Position numbers and translations under genes: made by a program
The notes under the pieces: model-generated
Seen by the model: only the letters and a program-made list of their open reading frames with translations
Databases searched by the model: none
Told to the model about the DNA's origin: nothing
Shown: piece after piece, positions 28,327 to 37,771 of the stretch
How positions within the stretch are numbered: position 1 is the stretch's first letter
Layout of the letters: every line of letters starts with the position of its first letter
DNA from: an uncultured delta proteobacterium
GTDB lineage: Bacteria; Desulfobacterota; RBG-13-43-22
DNA length: 64,000 nucleotides
Direction: 5' to 3'
NCBI GenBank assembly: GCA_963843145.1
Contig: CAWJJC010000019.1
Coordinates: 38,652 to 102,651 of the forward strand

Positions 28327-29742
28327 ATGATCGATCAAAATAAAAGTGTAGCCCCATATTTCTTTCGCCTAGTACTTAGCGCTCTACGCTTGGCGCTTCG
28401 CGCCCCGCGCTTCCATCTTCCATCTTCCATCTTCCATCTCCTCCCCCCCCCCCGCGCTCTGCGCTCTGCGCTCTGCGCTATAACCCTCGGGCTATTTCTG
28501 GGAACGGGCTTCTTGCCGGCCTACGGAGATATGAAGGACCAGCTTTCAAACCTCCACCCCTATATCACCCTCCAAGGACAATATGACGACAACCTTTATC
28601 TAACCCAGGATAATAAAACCAGCGACTTCATTACTACTATTTCCCCGGGATTGAAGTACAAGACCGAGGGGCCGGCCTATAAATTCGACCTGGGGTTCGA
28701 TCTGGGGATGAATTTTTACGCCTCCAATTCCGAGCTCAATTATATAAGCTATAACGGGCGCCTGGACACATCTTACTCCTTCACCCCGCGCTGGACCGTC
28801 AAATTGTATGATACCATTACCCGTTCCCGGGACAACCTGCAGAATTATTCGGTTCCTTCCCCCGGCGGACCGCAGACCTTTACGACCTCCAGCAGCGGGC
28901 AGGGGCTTTACCTTCGCAATACTTTCCAGCCGGCGCTCGAATATAAATTCGGGCGGGAAAATGTGGCTGCTTTGAGTTACAGGAACATGATCTACCGGAC
29001 GGAGGGCAGCAGCAGTTCCGGGGACAGCACGGAAAACGCCGTCACACCCCGCCTTGACCTATTGGTTCAACATCCGCAATGGGATTGCTTTGGACTATAC
29101 CTACACCAAGGCCGAATTCGAGGATCAGCCCGATTGGGTTGGCAGCAGTCCTGGGGGGCCGCTATCTCTACCGGTTCAACTCCCCGGACCACCGCGTTTG
29201 GGGACTATCGCTATACCCTTCGGGACTTCGATCCCCCCGGCCGAGACTATTCGGTCCACTCCCCCAGCCTGGGTGTGGATCACGCCTTCAGCCCCCGGCT
29301 GAACGGCCATGCCCAGTTCGGCTGGTTTTGGGAACTGGTCGATGCCGGTCCTTCCTTCAATGGGCCGGTCATTAACCTTTCGATCACTCACCGCGTCACA
29401 GAAAGGACGAGTTACACCCTGACTTTTGATAGCGGATACCGGGAGAACTACTTTACCACCGACAACCTGGGGTTTTCCAAGTATTACCAGGTCACCGCTT
29501 CGGTCACCCACCAGCTCCGGGAGCGTCTGAGCATCGGCCTGACCGGCAGCCTGAGCCGTGACGAATACACACAGCCGGACTATATCAGTTATCTCTATAA
29601 CGTTACCGCCAACCTGGCCTACCAGCCCTTGAAATGGCTGAAAACCTCCCTGGAAGCCGGCAACTACGGCCGAGAGTCGGAACTGAACGGCGATAGTTAT
29701 AGGGATAATAGGGTGATGCTGAAACTGACGGCGGAATACTAA
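28327..29742 (+). CDS. EPS-associated outer-membrane beta-barrel protein (compensating frameshifts ~29055-29160)
   Basis: YDDNLYL..SDFITTISPG, alternating beta strands, C-terminal Y; located after wza. Confidence 0.8.
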   Translation: MIDQNKSVAPYFFRLVLSALRLALRAPRFHLPSSIFHLLPPPRALRSALCAITLGLFLGTGFLPAYGDMKDQLSNLHPYITLQGQYDDNLYLTQDNKTSDFITTISPGLKYKTEGPAYKFDLGFDLGMNFYASNSELNYISYNGRLDTSYSFTPRWTVKLYDTITRSRDNLQNYSVPSPGGPQTFTTSSSGQGLYLRNTFQPALEYKFGRENVAALSYRNMIYRTEGSSSSGDSTENAVTPRLDLLVQHPQWDCFGLYLHQGRIRGSARLGWQQSWGAAISTGSTPRTTAFGDYRYTLRDFDPPGRDYSVHSPSLGVDHAFSPRLNGHAQFGWFWELVDAGPSFNGPVINLSITHRVTERTSYTLTFDSGYRENYFTTDNLGFSKYYQVTASVTHQLRERLSIGLTGSLSRDEYTQPDYISYLYNVTANLAYQPLKWLKTSLEAGNYGRESELNGDSYRDNRVMLKLTAEY

Positions 29743-29745
29743 GGG

Positions 29746-29876
29746 CCGTTTATATCGTTCATTTCGTTTGTTTGGTTTGTATCGTTCCAGAAACCAAAAG
29801 AACGAGGAGAACCAAAGGATCCGAATAAACCCAACAACGAAACGAACGTAATCCACCAAATAAACCAAACAAACGA
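29746..29876. repeat. 9-mer inverted-array hairpin filling the intergenic spacer
   Basis: T-rich CGTTTATATCGTTCATTTCGTTTGTTTGGTTTG arm, then A-rich (AAACCAAAY/AAACGAAAY)n arm. Confidence 0.85.
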
Positions 29877-29896
29877 AAAAGACGGAGTCTTTTGAA

Positions 29897-31378
29897 ATGA
29901 TCAATTCCCAAAAATCCTTCAACCTGAATGACTATCTGGATGTCTTTTTGCGGCGGATCTGGTATTTCCTGATCCCATTGGTGATCGTCCTGGCCGGAAC
30001 GGTGTTTTACGCCTCCATAGCCCCCAGGTGGTACCGGTCCAGCACTTTGGTCCTGGTTTCGCCCCAGAAAATTCCGGAGAATTACGTGAAGTCTACGATC
30101 ACCTCCGGGATCGAAGAGCGATTGATCTCCATTTCCCAGGAAATCTTGAGCCGCACCCGACTGGAACAGGTCATCAAGGATTTGAATCTCTACCCGGATA
30201 AGGTGAAATCCCAGCCCATGGAATCGGTAGTGGAAGCCATGCGGAAGGATATTGAGATTGAGATTCCCAAACAGGACAAGGAGAAGAACCACTTCACCAT
30301 TTCGTACGTGGGAAAAGACCCTAAACTGGTAGCTGTGGTTACAAATAAACTGTCCTCTCTGTTTATCGAGGAGAACCTGAAGATCCGGGAGCAGCAGGCC
30401 CAGGGCACCTCGGAATTCCTGGATGCGGAACTGAAAATGAAGCGGGAACAGGTGGACCGGGCACAGCAATTGGTCACCAATTTTAAAATGCAGTTCATCA
30501 ACCAGTTGCCTGAAAACCGGGATGCAAACCTAAAGGTCCTGGAGCAGCTCAATCTCCAGAGTCAGAAAATAAATGAAGGCATCAAAAGCGCAGAAGACCG
30601 AAGGGTCATTATCCAAAATCAATTGGCCAACATGACTTTTCACAGTTTCGATAACGCTGGAGAAGGCAAAGGATCTGCTTCAACAGTCAGACCCCCGATG
30701 GTGGTCCAGTTGAGCCAATTGAAAGGGACCCTGGAAGAACTCCAGGCTAAATATACGGATAACCATCCGGATATCGTTGTTACTAAAAAGAAAATCGCTG
30801 ACTTGGAAAAGAGGCTGGCCGACTCCCAAACGGTCTCAGCCGGACCGGAGGCCTCCAAGAAAGGAAAGAACGCGGATCCGGTTCAGGAGCAATACAACAT
30901 TTTCCAGGCCGAGCGTAAAACCCAATTGGGCCTGATCGATAGGGAGATCGCCCGCCTTAAGAAAGAGGATGAAAAGGTCCGGGCCCAGATTGCCCAATAT
31001 CAGGGTCGGATTGAGAGCACGCCTATCCGGGAATTGACCTTGAGCAACCTGACCCGTGAGTTTAATAACTTGAATGAAACCTATCAATCATTACTCAAGA
31101 AATCGGCGGAAGCCCAGCAGGCCGAAAACCTGGAGCGCCGGCAGAAAGGGGAGCAGTTCCGGATCGTGGACCCGGCCCGGGTCCCGGTAAAGCCTTTTAA
31201 ACCGGACATCCCCAAGGTGTTGCTCATCGGGTTGGTCCTCGCCATCGGCTCTGGCCTAGGCCTGACCTTCGTCCGCGAGCAGATGGACCATTCGTTCCGC
31301 GATGCCGAAGACTTGGAAGTGACCCTGGGCCTGCGGGTTCTGGCTAATATTCCTAAAGCAGAAAGGAAAGCCGCATAG
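29897..31378 (+). CDS. Polysaccharide chain-length determinant (Wzz/GumC-like)
   Basis: N- and C-terminal TM helices, coiled coil, YTDNHPD, FRIVDPARVPVKPFKP. Confidence 0.9.
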   Translation: MINSQKSFNLNDYLDVFLRRIWYFLIPLVIVLAGTVFYASIAPRWYRSSTLVLVSPQKIPENYVKSTITSGIEERLISISQEILSRTRLEQVIKDLNLYPDKVKSQPMESVVEAMRKDIEIEIPKQDKEKNHFTISYVGKDPKLVAVVTNKLSSLFIEENLKIREQQAQGTSEFLDAELKMKREQVDRAQQLVTNFKMQFINQLPENRDANLKVLEQLNLQSQKINEGIKSAEDRRVIIQNQLANMTFHSFDNAGEGKGSASTVRPPMVVQLSQLKGTLEELQAKYTDNHPDIVVTKKKIADLEKRLADSQTVSAGPEASKKGKNADPVQEQYNIFQAERKTQLGLIDREIARLKKEDEKVRAQIAQYQGRIESTPIRELTLSNLTREFNNLNETYQSLLKKSAEAQQAENLERRQKGEQFRIVDPARVPVKPFKPDIPKVLLIGLVLAIGSGLGLTFVREQMDHSFRDAEDLEVTLGLRVLANIPKAERKAA

Positions 31379-31386
31379 CGCGGCTC

Positions 31387-31513
31387 GTTAATATCGTTCA
31401 TTTCGTTTGTTTGGTTTGTTTCGTTTTGAAAACCATAAAAACCAAGGTAACCAAATAACCATACAAGCCAGATAACCAAATCAACGAAATCAACGAAATA
31501 ACTAAACAAACGA
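31387..31513. repeat. 9-mer inverted-array hairpin filling the intergenic spacer
   Basis: CGTTAATATCGTTCATTTCGTTTGTTTGGTTTGTTTCGTT ... AAACAAACGAAA directly before ATG. Confidence 0.85.
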
Positions 31514-31515
31514 AA

Positions 31516-32445
31516 ATGTATCGACATTTTTATGGTTTAAAAGAAAAGCCTTTCGAGATCACCCCGGACCCGAATTTTCTTTATTTGAGTCCAGGGCATC
31601 AAGAGGCCCTGGCTCATTTAACCTATGCCGTGCGGGAACGGGTGGGGTTCACGGTGATCACCGGCGAAGTAGGGACTGGCAAAACGACGTTGGTCCAGTC
31701 GCTGCTCAGCCAACTGAACGGTCGGACCAAGACGGCCTATCTATTCAATCCTAATCTAAATACCCTGGATTTCCTGGAATATATCTGCGAGGACCTGGGG
31801 CTCAAGGTATTGCGACGATCCAAAGGCCATTATATCAGCCAGTTGTACCAATTGCTTCTGGATTATTATGCCCAGGGGATCAACGTGGTGCTGATCATCG
31901 ATGAGGCCCATCGTCTGCGGGCGGACCTTCTTGAGGAAGTCCGTCTCCTGACCAACCTGGAAACCCCCAAGGGCAAGTTGCTTCAGGTGGTCCTTATGGG
32001 CCAGCCGGAACTCAACGGCATCCTGGATCGCCATGAATTTCGGCAGCTTAAGCAGCGGGTCAGCCTCCGGTATCACTTGCGGGCACTGACCAGGCCCGAG
32101 ACCGAGCAATATATTCAAAGCCGCCTGCAGAAAGCCGGTTTGGTGAATCCCCGGATCTTTTCGCCCAAGGCCCTGTCCCTGATTTATCAGTATTCACAGG
32201 GCCTTCCTAGGCTGATCAACATCCTTTGCGATAACGCCCTGATCTCGGGCTATGCCGCTGACCGCCAGATCATCGACCGCAAGACCATCCGGGAGGTCAT
32301 CGGCAGCCGGGAAGGGCCGACCTTTAAGGAGAAGCGGAGATGGACGGTTCCGGCCCTGATTCTGGCCCTCTTGGTCCTGATCGCCCTCCTGGCCCTCTGG
32401 CAGTTCGGGCCGGGAAATTATTTATTTAAATTTAATTGGTTATGA
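31516..32445 (+). CDS. ExeA-like AAA ATPase (type found in PEP-CTERM/EPS loci)
   Basis: FYGLKEKPFEITPDP, GEVGTGKT, IIDEAH, GQPEL, GLPRLINILCDNAL. Confidence 0.9.
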   Translation: MYRHFYGLKEKPFEITPDPNFLYLSPGHQEALAHLTYAVRERVGFTVITGEVGTGKTTLVQSLLSQLNGRTKTAYLFNPNLNTLDFLEYICEDLGLKVLRRSKGHYISQLYQLLLDYYAQGINVVLIIDEAHRLRADLLEEVRLLTNLETPKGKLLQVVLMGQPELNGILDRHEFRQLKQRVSLRYHLRALTRPETEQYIQSRLQKAGLVNPRIFSPKALSLIYQYSQGLPRLINILCDNALISGYAADRQIIDRKTIREVIGSREGPTFKEKRRWTVPALILALLVLIALLALWQFGPGNYLFKFNWL

Positions 32446-32463
32446 GACGATAACTAAAGAGAA

Positions 32464-32600
32464 CGTTTATTTCGTTGATGTGGTTTTTTCCTTTTTAAGA
32501 CCAAATAAACCAAAGGAACCAAACAAACCATATCAACGATATAAACGAAATAAACCAAACAAACGAGACAACCAAATGAACGAAATAAACCAAATAAACG
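32464..32600. repeat. 9-mer inverted-array hairpin filling the intergenic spacer
   Basis: CGTTTATTTCGTTGATGTGGTT ... about 11 A-rich units ending AACCAAATAAACG. Confidence 0.85.
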
Positions 32601-32609
32601 GTACTTCTC

Positions 32610-33518
32610 ATGAGTAAAATTCACTTGGCCCTGGAAAAAGCGGAAAAAGAACGGGTCGAAGAACTAATGAAAAAAACTGTTCGGACGCCAGCCTGGGAAG
32701 AAGCCGCGCGTCCCCATCCGGGTCCGGCTATCCCGGTGGTACACTTCGAGAACCTGAAGGGCGATGAGTCCTTGGTTTCCCTCTACCAGCCCCGGTCGCT
32801 TATCTCGGAGCAGTTCCGCAAACTGCGGACGCAGCTCCTGCGATTCAACCTGTCCAAGCCGGTGAAGACCATCCTGGTCACCAGCGCCCTCCAGGGAGAA
32901 GGAAAATCCTTTGTAGCGGCCAATCTCGCCATCGGCATCGCCCATGACCTGCAACTCCACGCCCTTCTGGTGGACTGTGATCTGCGCGATCCTTCCATGG
33001 CCCCCATGTTCGGCTATGACGGTGTCCAGGGAATCGCCGATTACCTTAAGGGCCAAGGAGAGATCTCCAACTTTCTAGTCAAGACCGAGCTGGAAAAATT
33101 GTCCCTCCTCCCAGGTGGGACCCTTCCTGAAAACCCCACGGAAATCATCGGCTCCCAGCGCATGGCCGCCCTGGTGGAAGAGTTGAAAACCCGATACGAC
33201 GACCGGTTCATTATCCTGGATTCCACCCCGCTCCTGGCTACGGCCGAGCCGGATGTGCTGGCAAAGCTGGTCGACGGGGTTTTGATCGTCGTGCGGGCCG
33301 GGATGACACCCCGGGAAACGGTCAAGCAAGCCCTGTCCTTTCTGGATAAGGATAAGATCCTGGGGGTGGTCCTCAATGATGTTAATTTTAAATACTCAGC
33401 CCTGGGCGCCCGCTACTTCGGGGGGAGTGGGTATAGTTATGGATACGGCTACGGGTACGGCAAACCCAAAAAAACAGAAAAGACATTCTTGAGGAAGCTT
33501 TTTCGCTCTAAAACGTAG
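32610..33518 (+). CDS. CpsD/CapB family BY-kinase (tyrosine autokinase)
   Basis: EQFRKLRT, GEGKS, DCDLR, DSTP, Tyr-rich tail YSYGYGYGY. Confidence 0.93.
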   Translation: MSKIHLALEKAEKERVEELMKKTVRTPAWEEAARPHPGPAIPVVHFENLKGDESLVSLYQPRSLISEQFRKLRTQLLRFNLSKPVKTILVTSALQGEGKSFVAANLAIGIAHDLQLHALLVDCDLRDPSMAPMFGYDGVQGIADYLKGQGEISNFLVKTELEKLSLLPGGTLPENPTEIIGSQRMAALVEELKTRYDDRFIILDSTPLLATAEPDVLAKLVDGVLIVVRAGMTPRETVKQALSFLDKDKILGVVLNDVNFKYSALGARYFGGSGYSYGYGYGYGKPKKTEKTFLRKLFRSKT

Positions 33519-33520
33519 GG

Positions 33521-33866
33521 CGTTTATTTGGTTGATATGGTTTATTTGGTTTATTTCGTTAACCAAAAACACCAAATAAACGAAAAAACGGGGTTGTATG
33601 GATTATTTCGTTAACCAAATAAACGAAACAAACCAAACAGACGAAATAAACCCCCTTGGTCGGAGCCGAAACGGACCCGAGATGGCGGTAGCCCGTCAAA
33701 ATGCGGAGATGGAAGAAGGAAGATAGAAGAGGGAAGCAATAAAAAGAAGAGAGAGGGGAGAAAAGAGAAGAGAGTAAAAGAGTGAAAACGTCTTTCTCCC
33801 TCGCAATAAACGCGAAGAACGCGATAAACTATATAAACGAAAAAAACGATATAAACCAAACAAACG
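33521..33866. repeat. Nested 9-mer hairpins plus purine heptamer tract
   Basis: GCGTTTATTTGGTT at the start pairs with AACCAAACAAACGC at the end; internal 9-mer hairpins and a GATGGAA/GAGGGAA tract. Confidence 0.8.
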
Positions 33867-33875
33867 CTGTCCCCT

Positions 33876-35051
33876 ATGCCTGAGGTTAGAAAAATGAAAT
33901 CCATGTCCGCTGCTTTGGAGGGTCTAGACCGTCTGCCCGAGGCGGTCCAATCCGCCTTGGACCTTTCCGCCCAGGGAGTTAGGGAGGGCGCCGCCCCGAT
34001 ATACATGGAAGGGATTCTTTCCAAGGGGGAGTTCCTGGAACAGATGCGGTTTGAAAAACGGCGGGTCGATCGTTCGCAGGCTCCCCTGTCCATGGCCCTC
34101 TTCGTACTGGGAGAGGAATTGCTGCGAGACGCTAAAAAGCTCCGTGGATTCCTGGTCAATCTGAAACAGGGCACCCGGGAGACGGATATCAAAGGCTGGA
34201 TCAGCTCTCGAGTCCTGGGCCTGCTTCTTCCGGATACCGATGGACCGGGCGCGGAACGCTGCGTGGAGTTATTGAAAAACGGCAGCCGCCAACAGGCCTG
34301 CACCGTGGTGACCGGGACTTACCCGGATCAGTTGTTTCAGGAGGTTTTGGAAAAGACCGAAGATCAGTCGAAAATTTTTACCTTGGACCTCGAAGGGGAC
34401 GGGGCCCGAAGCGTCCAGTTGGCCCTGAAACGCCTGCTGGACCTGCTGGGCTCCATCATCGGTCTGGTGCTCTTTTCGCCTTTGATGTTGATCATCGCCC
34501 TGGCCGTCAAGTTCACTTCCCCCGGTCCGATTATTTTCCGGCAGACCCGGTTGGGCAAGCGGGGAAACCCTTTCTCCTTTTATAAGTTTCGTTCCATGGT
34601 AGCCGGCAATGACGACCGGGTCCACCGGGAGTACGTCTGCAAACTGATCAATGGGGAAAACGATCAGATCAATCAAGGCGAGAAAGACCGGCCGCTCTAT
34701 AAACTGAAAAACGACTGTCGAATCACCAAGGTGGGCCGGATCATTCGCAAACTAAGCCTAGACGAGCTTCCCCAGCTTTTCAATGTCCTCAAAGGAGATA
34801 TGAGTCTGGTCGGCCCCCGCCCCCCCATCCCCTACGAGGTGGAAAAATACAAGTCCTGGCACCTGCGGCGGATCTTGGAAGTCAAGCCCGGAATCACCGG
34901 CCTCTGGCAGGTGGAAGGCCGCAGCAAAACCTCTTTCGATGAAATGGTCCGACTGGATATTCGCTATGTTCAAAATTGTTCCCTCTGGCTGGACATAAAA
35001 ATCCTGCTCCGTACGGTCCGGGAAGTGATTATGCCGAAGGGAGGACTTTGA
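33876..35051 (+). CDS. Priming glycosyl-phosphate transferase (bacterial sugar transferase) with N-terminal GGDEF-like domain
   Basis: [44 protein letters not shown]. Confidence 0.92.
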   Translation: MPEVRKMKSMSAALEGLDRLPEAVQSALDLSAQGVREGAAPIYMEGILSKGEFLEQMRFEKRRVDRSQAPLSMALFVLGEELLRDAKKLRGFLVNLKQGTRETDIKGWISSRVLGLLLPDTDGPGAERCVELLKNGSRQQACTVVTGTYPDQLFQEVLEKTEDQSKIFTLDLEGDGARSVQLALKRLLDLLGSIIGLVLFSPLMLIIALAVKFTSPGPIIFRQTRLGKRGNPFSFYKFRSMVAGNDDRVHREYVCKLINGENDQINQGEKDRPLYKLKNDCRITKVGRIIRKLSLDELPQLFNVLKGDMSLVGPRPPIPYEVEKYKSWHLRRILEVKPGITGLWQVEGRSKTSFDEMVRLDIRYVQNCSLWLDIKILLRTVREVIMPKGGL

Positions 35052-35096
35052 TAAGTCAGGAGTGAGGGGTAAAAAGTGAGGAGTGAGGAGGGGGAG

Positions 35097-35354
35097 ATGG
35101 ACAAACCGCATAAGAAGATGAAGGTCTGGCAGGAGGCTATGAGGGCAGTTCGGGAAATGTACCGACTGACCAATTTGCTGCCCAGCGAGGAGAAATTCGG
35201 TTTAATTTCGCAAATGCGTAGGGCGGCAGTCAGCATCCCCTGTAATATCGCTGAAGGGGCGGCCCGAAGAGGGAAGAAAGAGTTCAAAAATTTCCTAAGC
35301 ATCGCTCAAGGTTCGTTGAGCGAGTTAGATACCCTACTAAAGGAGTCTTTATAA
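35097..35354 (+). pseudogene. Four-helix-bundle (23S rRNA IVS/Avd-like) protein, C-terminally truncated
   Basis: VWQEAM..LP.EEKFGLISQMRRAAVSIPCNIAEG..R..KEF..FL.IA.GSLSELDT, then stops; last helix missing. Confidence 0.8.
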
Positions 35355-36457
35355 TGAAAATCGCCGTTATCGGTTGTGGTTATTGGGGGCCGAACTTGAT
35401 CCGCAATCTGGTCCAGTCCAAAAAGGTGCGGGAAGTGGTCTGCTGCGACCTTTCGGAATCCCGTCTGCAGCGGATGAAAACCCTTTACCCCTCGGTAATA
35501 ATCAAGACCGATTACCGCGAACTCCTCAAGGAGAATGACCTGAAGGGGGTGGTGATCGCCACCCCGGTGGGGCATCATTTTCCTATAGCCCGAGATTTTC
35601 TGGCCCAGGGCAAGCACGTGATGATCGAGAAGCCCCTGACCCATTCCTTTGACAGCGGCCTGGAACTAGTGCGACTGGCCGAGGAAAAGGAACGGATCCT
35701 CATGGTCGGCCATACCTTCGAGTATACCGGGGCGGTCCACAAGATCAAGGAGATCATCCAGAGCGGTGAATTGGGGAAGATCCTGTACGTGAGCAGCATT
35801 CGGGTCAACCTGGGGCTTTTCCAGCAGGACATCAATGTGGTTTGGGACCTGGCCCCGCATGATATTTCCATTCTTCTCTATGTGCTCGGAGAAACGCCGG
35901 TGTCGGTCAGCAGCCAAGGCATGGCCCATTACAAATCCGGAATCGAGGACGTGGCCATCACTACCCTGAATTTCAAGGACGGATTGATCGCTTTTCTTCA
36001 CAACAGTTGGCTGGACCCCAAGAAAATCAGGAAATTCACCATCGTCGGCACCCGGAAGATGCTGGTCTATGACGACATCGAGACCCAGGAAAAGATCAAG
36101 ATCTATGACAAAGGTCTGGAAGTACCTCCCTATTACGACACCTTTGCCGAATTCCACTTCGCCTATCGCAGCGGCGACATCCACAGCCCCAAGGTGGACG
36201 AATACGAACCGCTGAAGCTGGAAATCGACTGTTTTCTGGAGAGCATCAAGTCCGGCCGTACTCCGCCGACCGACGGCTACAACGGCCTGCGGGTGGTGTC
36301 GGTGCTGGAAGGGTCCAGTAAGTCCCTGAAAAACGGGGGAAAGTCCGTGCCCATCCCCGGCTTGAAAATATTACAAAAAAACAAGGCCATGGCGAACAAG
36401 GGCACCGGGGGAAGCCGCCCGAGTCAATACGAATCCGTCCAGCAGGTGAGCCCCTGA
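35354..36457 (+). CDS. Gfo/Idh/MocA oxidoreductase (nucleotide-sugar dehydrogenase, WbpB-like)
   Basis: GCGYWG, EKP, VGHTF, WDLAPHD. Confidence 0.88.
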   Translation: MKIAVIGCGYWGPNLIRNLVQSKKVREVVCCDLSESRLQRMKTLYPSVIIKTDYRELLKENDLKGVVIATPVGHHFPIARDFLAQGKHVMIEKPLTHSFDSGLELVRLAEEKERILMVGHTFEYTGAVHKIKEIIQSGELGKILYVSSIRVNLGLFQQDINVVWDLAPHDISILLYVLGETPVSVSSQGMAHYKSGIEDVAITTLNFKDGLIAFLHNSWLDPKKIRKFTIVGTRKMLVYDDIETQEKIKIYDKGLEVPPYYDTFAEFHFAYRSGDIHSPKVDEYEPLKLEIDCFLESIKSGRTPPTDGYNGLRVVSVLEGSSKSLKNGGKSVPIPGLKILQKNKAMANKGTGGSRPSQYESVQQVSP

Positions 36458-36539
36458 TAAAAAGAGGGGAGATAGAAGATGGAAGAGGGAAGGAAGTAAA
36501 AGAAGGGAATAGTGCAGATTCGAAATGTCTTTACTCTTT

Positions 36540-36703
36540 TCGCCTAACGCTCCGTGTTTCGCCACTGGCGCCGCAGGCCGGAGGGTTTCCTAAAATCGGC
36601 ATCTCCCGATTTTAGGAAAATATAGTTCTCTGTGCTCTCTGTGTCTCCGTGGTGAATATTCTTTTGTCTATCTTTGCATGCTTAGCGCCTTTGCGGTGAA
36701 TAA
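36540..36703 (+). repeat. Twin-hairpin/9-mer element subfamily 2 (right part)
   Basis: ~160-bp direct repeat of 42219-42378, including AAAATCGGCATCTCCCGATTT and CTCTGTGCTCTC..GTGGTGAA. Confidence 0.75.
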
Positions 36704-36780
36704 TTTTTGTAACCCTGTCTAACGAACCCAACCAAATAAACGAAACCAACCAAACTAACCAATTTAAACGAAACAAACCA

Positions 36781-37308
36781 ATGAACGAGAAAACCTGCAT
36801 CATCACCCCCGACGTCAAACTGGGGGAAAACGTTCAGATCTATAATTTTGTCAACCTCTACGGCTGCGAGATCGGCGACCAGACCCGGATCGGGGCCTTT
36901 GTGGAGATTCAGAAAAACGCCCGCGTCGGGAAGCACTGCAAGATCTCCAGCCATACCTTTATCTGCGAAGGCGTTTTCATCGAGGATGAGGTCTTTGTCG
37001 GCCACGGGGTCATGTTCATCAACGACAGCTTTCCCAGGGCCACGGCCGGCGGACGCCTCCAGACCGAGGCCGACTGGGCCGTGGAACCCATCGTGGTGAA
37101 AAAGGGCGCCTCCATCGGCTCCAACGCCACCATCCTGGCTAACGTGACTATCGGGGAACGGGCCATCATCGGCGCCGGCAGCGTGGTCACCCGAGACGTC
37201 CCCGCCGATACCATCGTCGCCGGTAATCCTGCGAGGGTTTTGAGAAAAATAAAAGAGGATAACGGTTTGAGGATCGAGGAGCGAGGACCGAGGTGCGAGG
37301 TCCAATGA
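36781..37308 (+). CDS. Hexapeptide-repeat N-acetyltransferase (WbpD-like)
   Basis: KISSHTFICEGV.IED.VFVGHGVMFIND, GASIGSNATIL, GAGSVVT, GNPAR. Confidence 0.9.
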   Translation: MNEKTCIITPDVKLGENVQIYNFVNLYGCEIGDQTRIGAFVEIQKNARVGKHCKISSHTFICEGVFIEDEVFVGHGVMFINDSFPRATAGGRLQTEADWAVEPIVVKKGASIGSNATILANVTIGERAIIGAGSVVTRDVPADTIVAGNPARVLRKIKEDNGLRIEERGPRCEVQ

Positions 37309-37335
37309 TAAGATATCAGGGAGAAAGGAAAACAA

Positions 37336-37704
37336 ATGGATTTTGAAGACTTGGAGGTTTGGAAAAGATCGACACGATTAAGCGCGACAATCTACAAAAA
37401 TCTAGCCATGCTGAAAGATTATAGTTTTCGTGATCAAATAACTCGATCGGGACTATCTGTGCCTAGTAATATCGCGGAAGGTTTTGAACGGGAATCACAA
37501 AAAGAATGTTTGGTTTTCCTGTCTTATGCCAAAGGTTCCTCCGGGGAATTAAGAACTCAGATCTACATTGGAATGGAAATCGGGTATATTGATGATGAAA
37601 TCGGAAAAGGATGGATAAAAGAGGTTAAAGAACTTTCTTCAATGCTAGGCGGGCTCATTAAAACGAAAAGAAATTTTATTCAAAACCAAGTAAAGAAGAA
37701 GTAA
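37336..37704 (+). CDS. Four-helix-bundle (23S rRNA IVS/Avd-like) protein
   Basis: FEDLEVWK, DQITRSGLSVPSNIAEGFER, FLSYAKGSSGELRTQ. Confidence 0.92.
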   Translation: MDFEDLEVWKRSTRLSATIYKNLAMLKDYSFRDQITRSGLSVPSNIAEGFERESQKECLVFLSYAKGSSGELRTQIYIGMEIGYIDDEIGKGWIKEVKELSSMLGGLIKTKRNFIQNQVKKK

Positions 37705-37771
37705 AAGCTTTTTTTCCTTGATCCTTAATCCTAGAACCTCGATCCTCGTTTCTGATAAAGGAGTTATTTAT

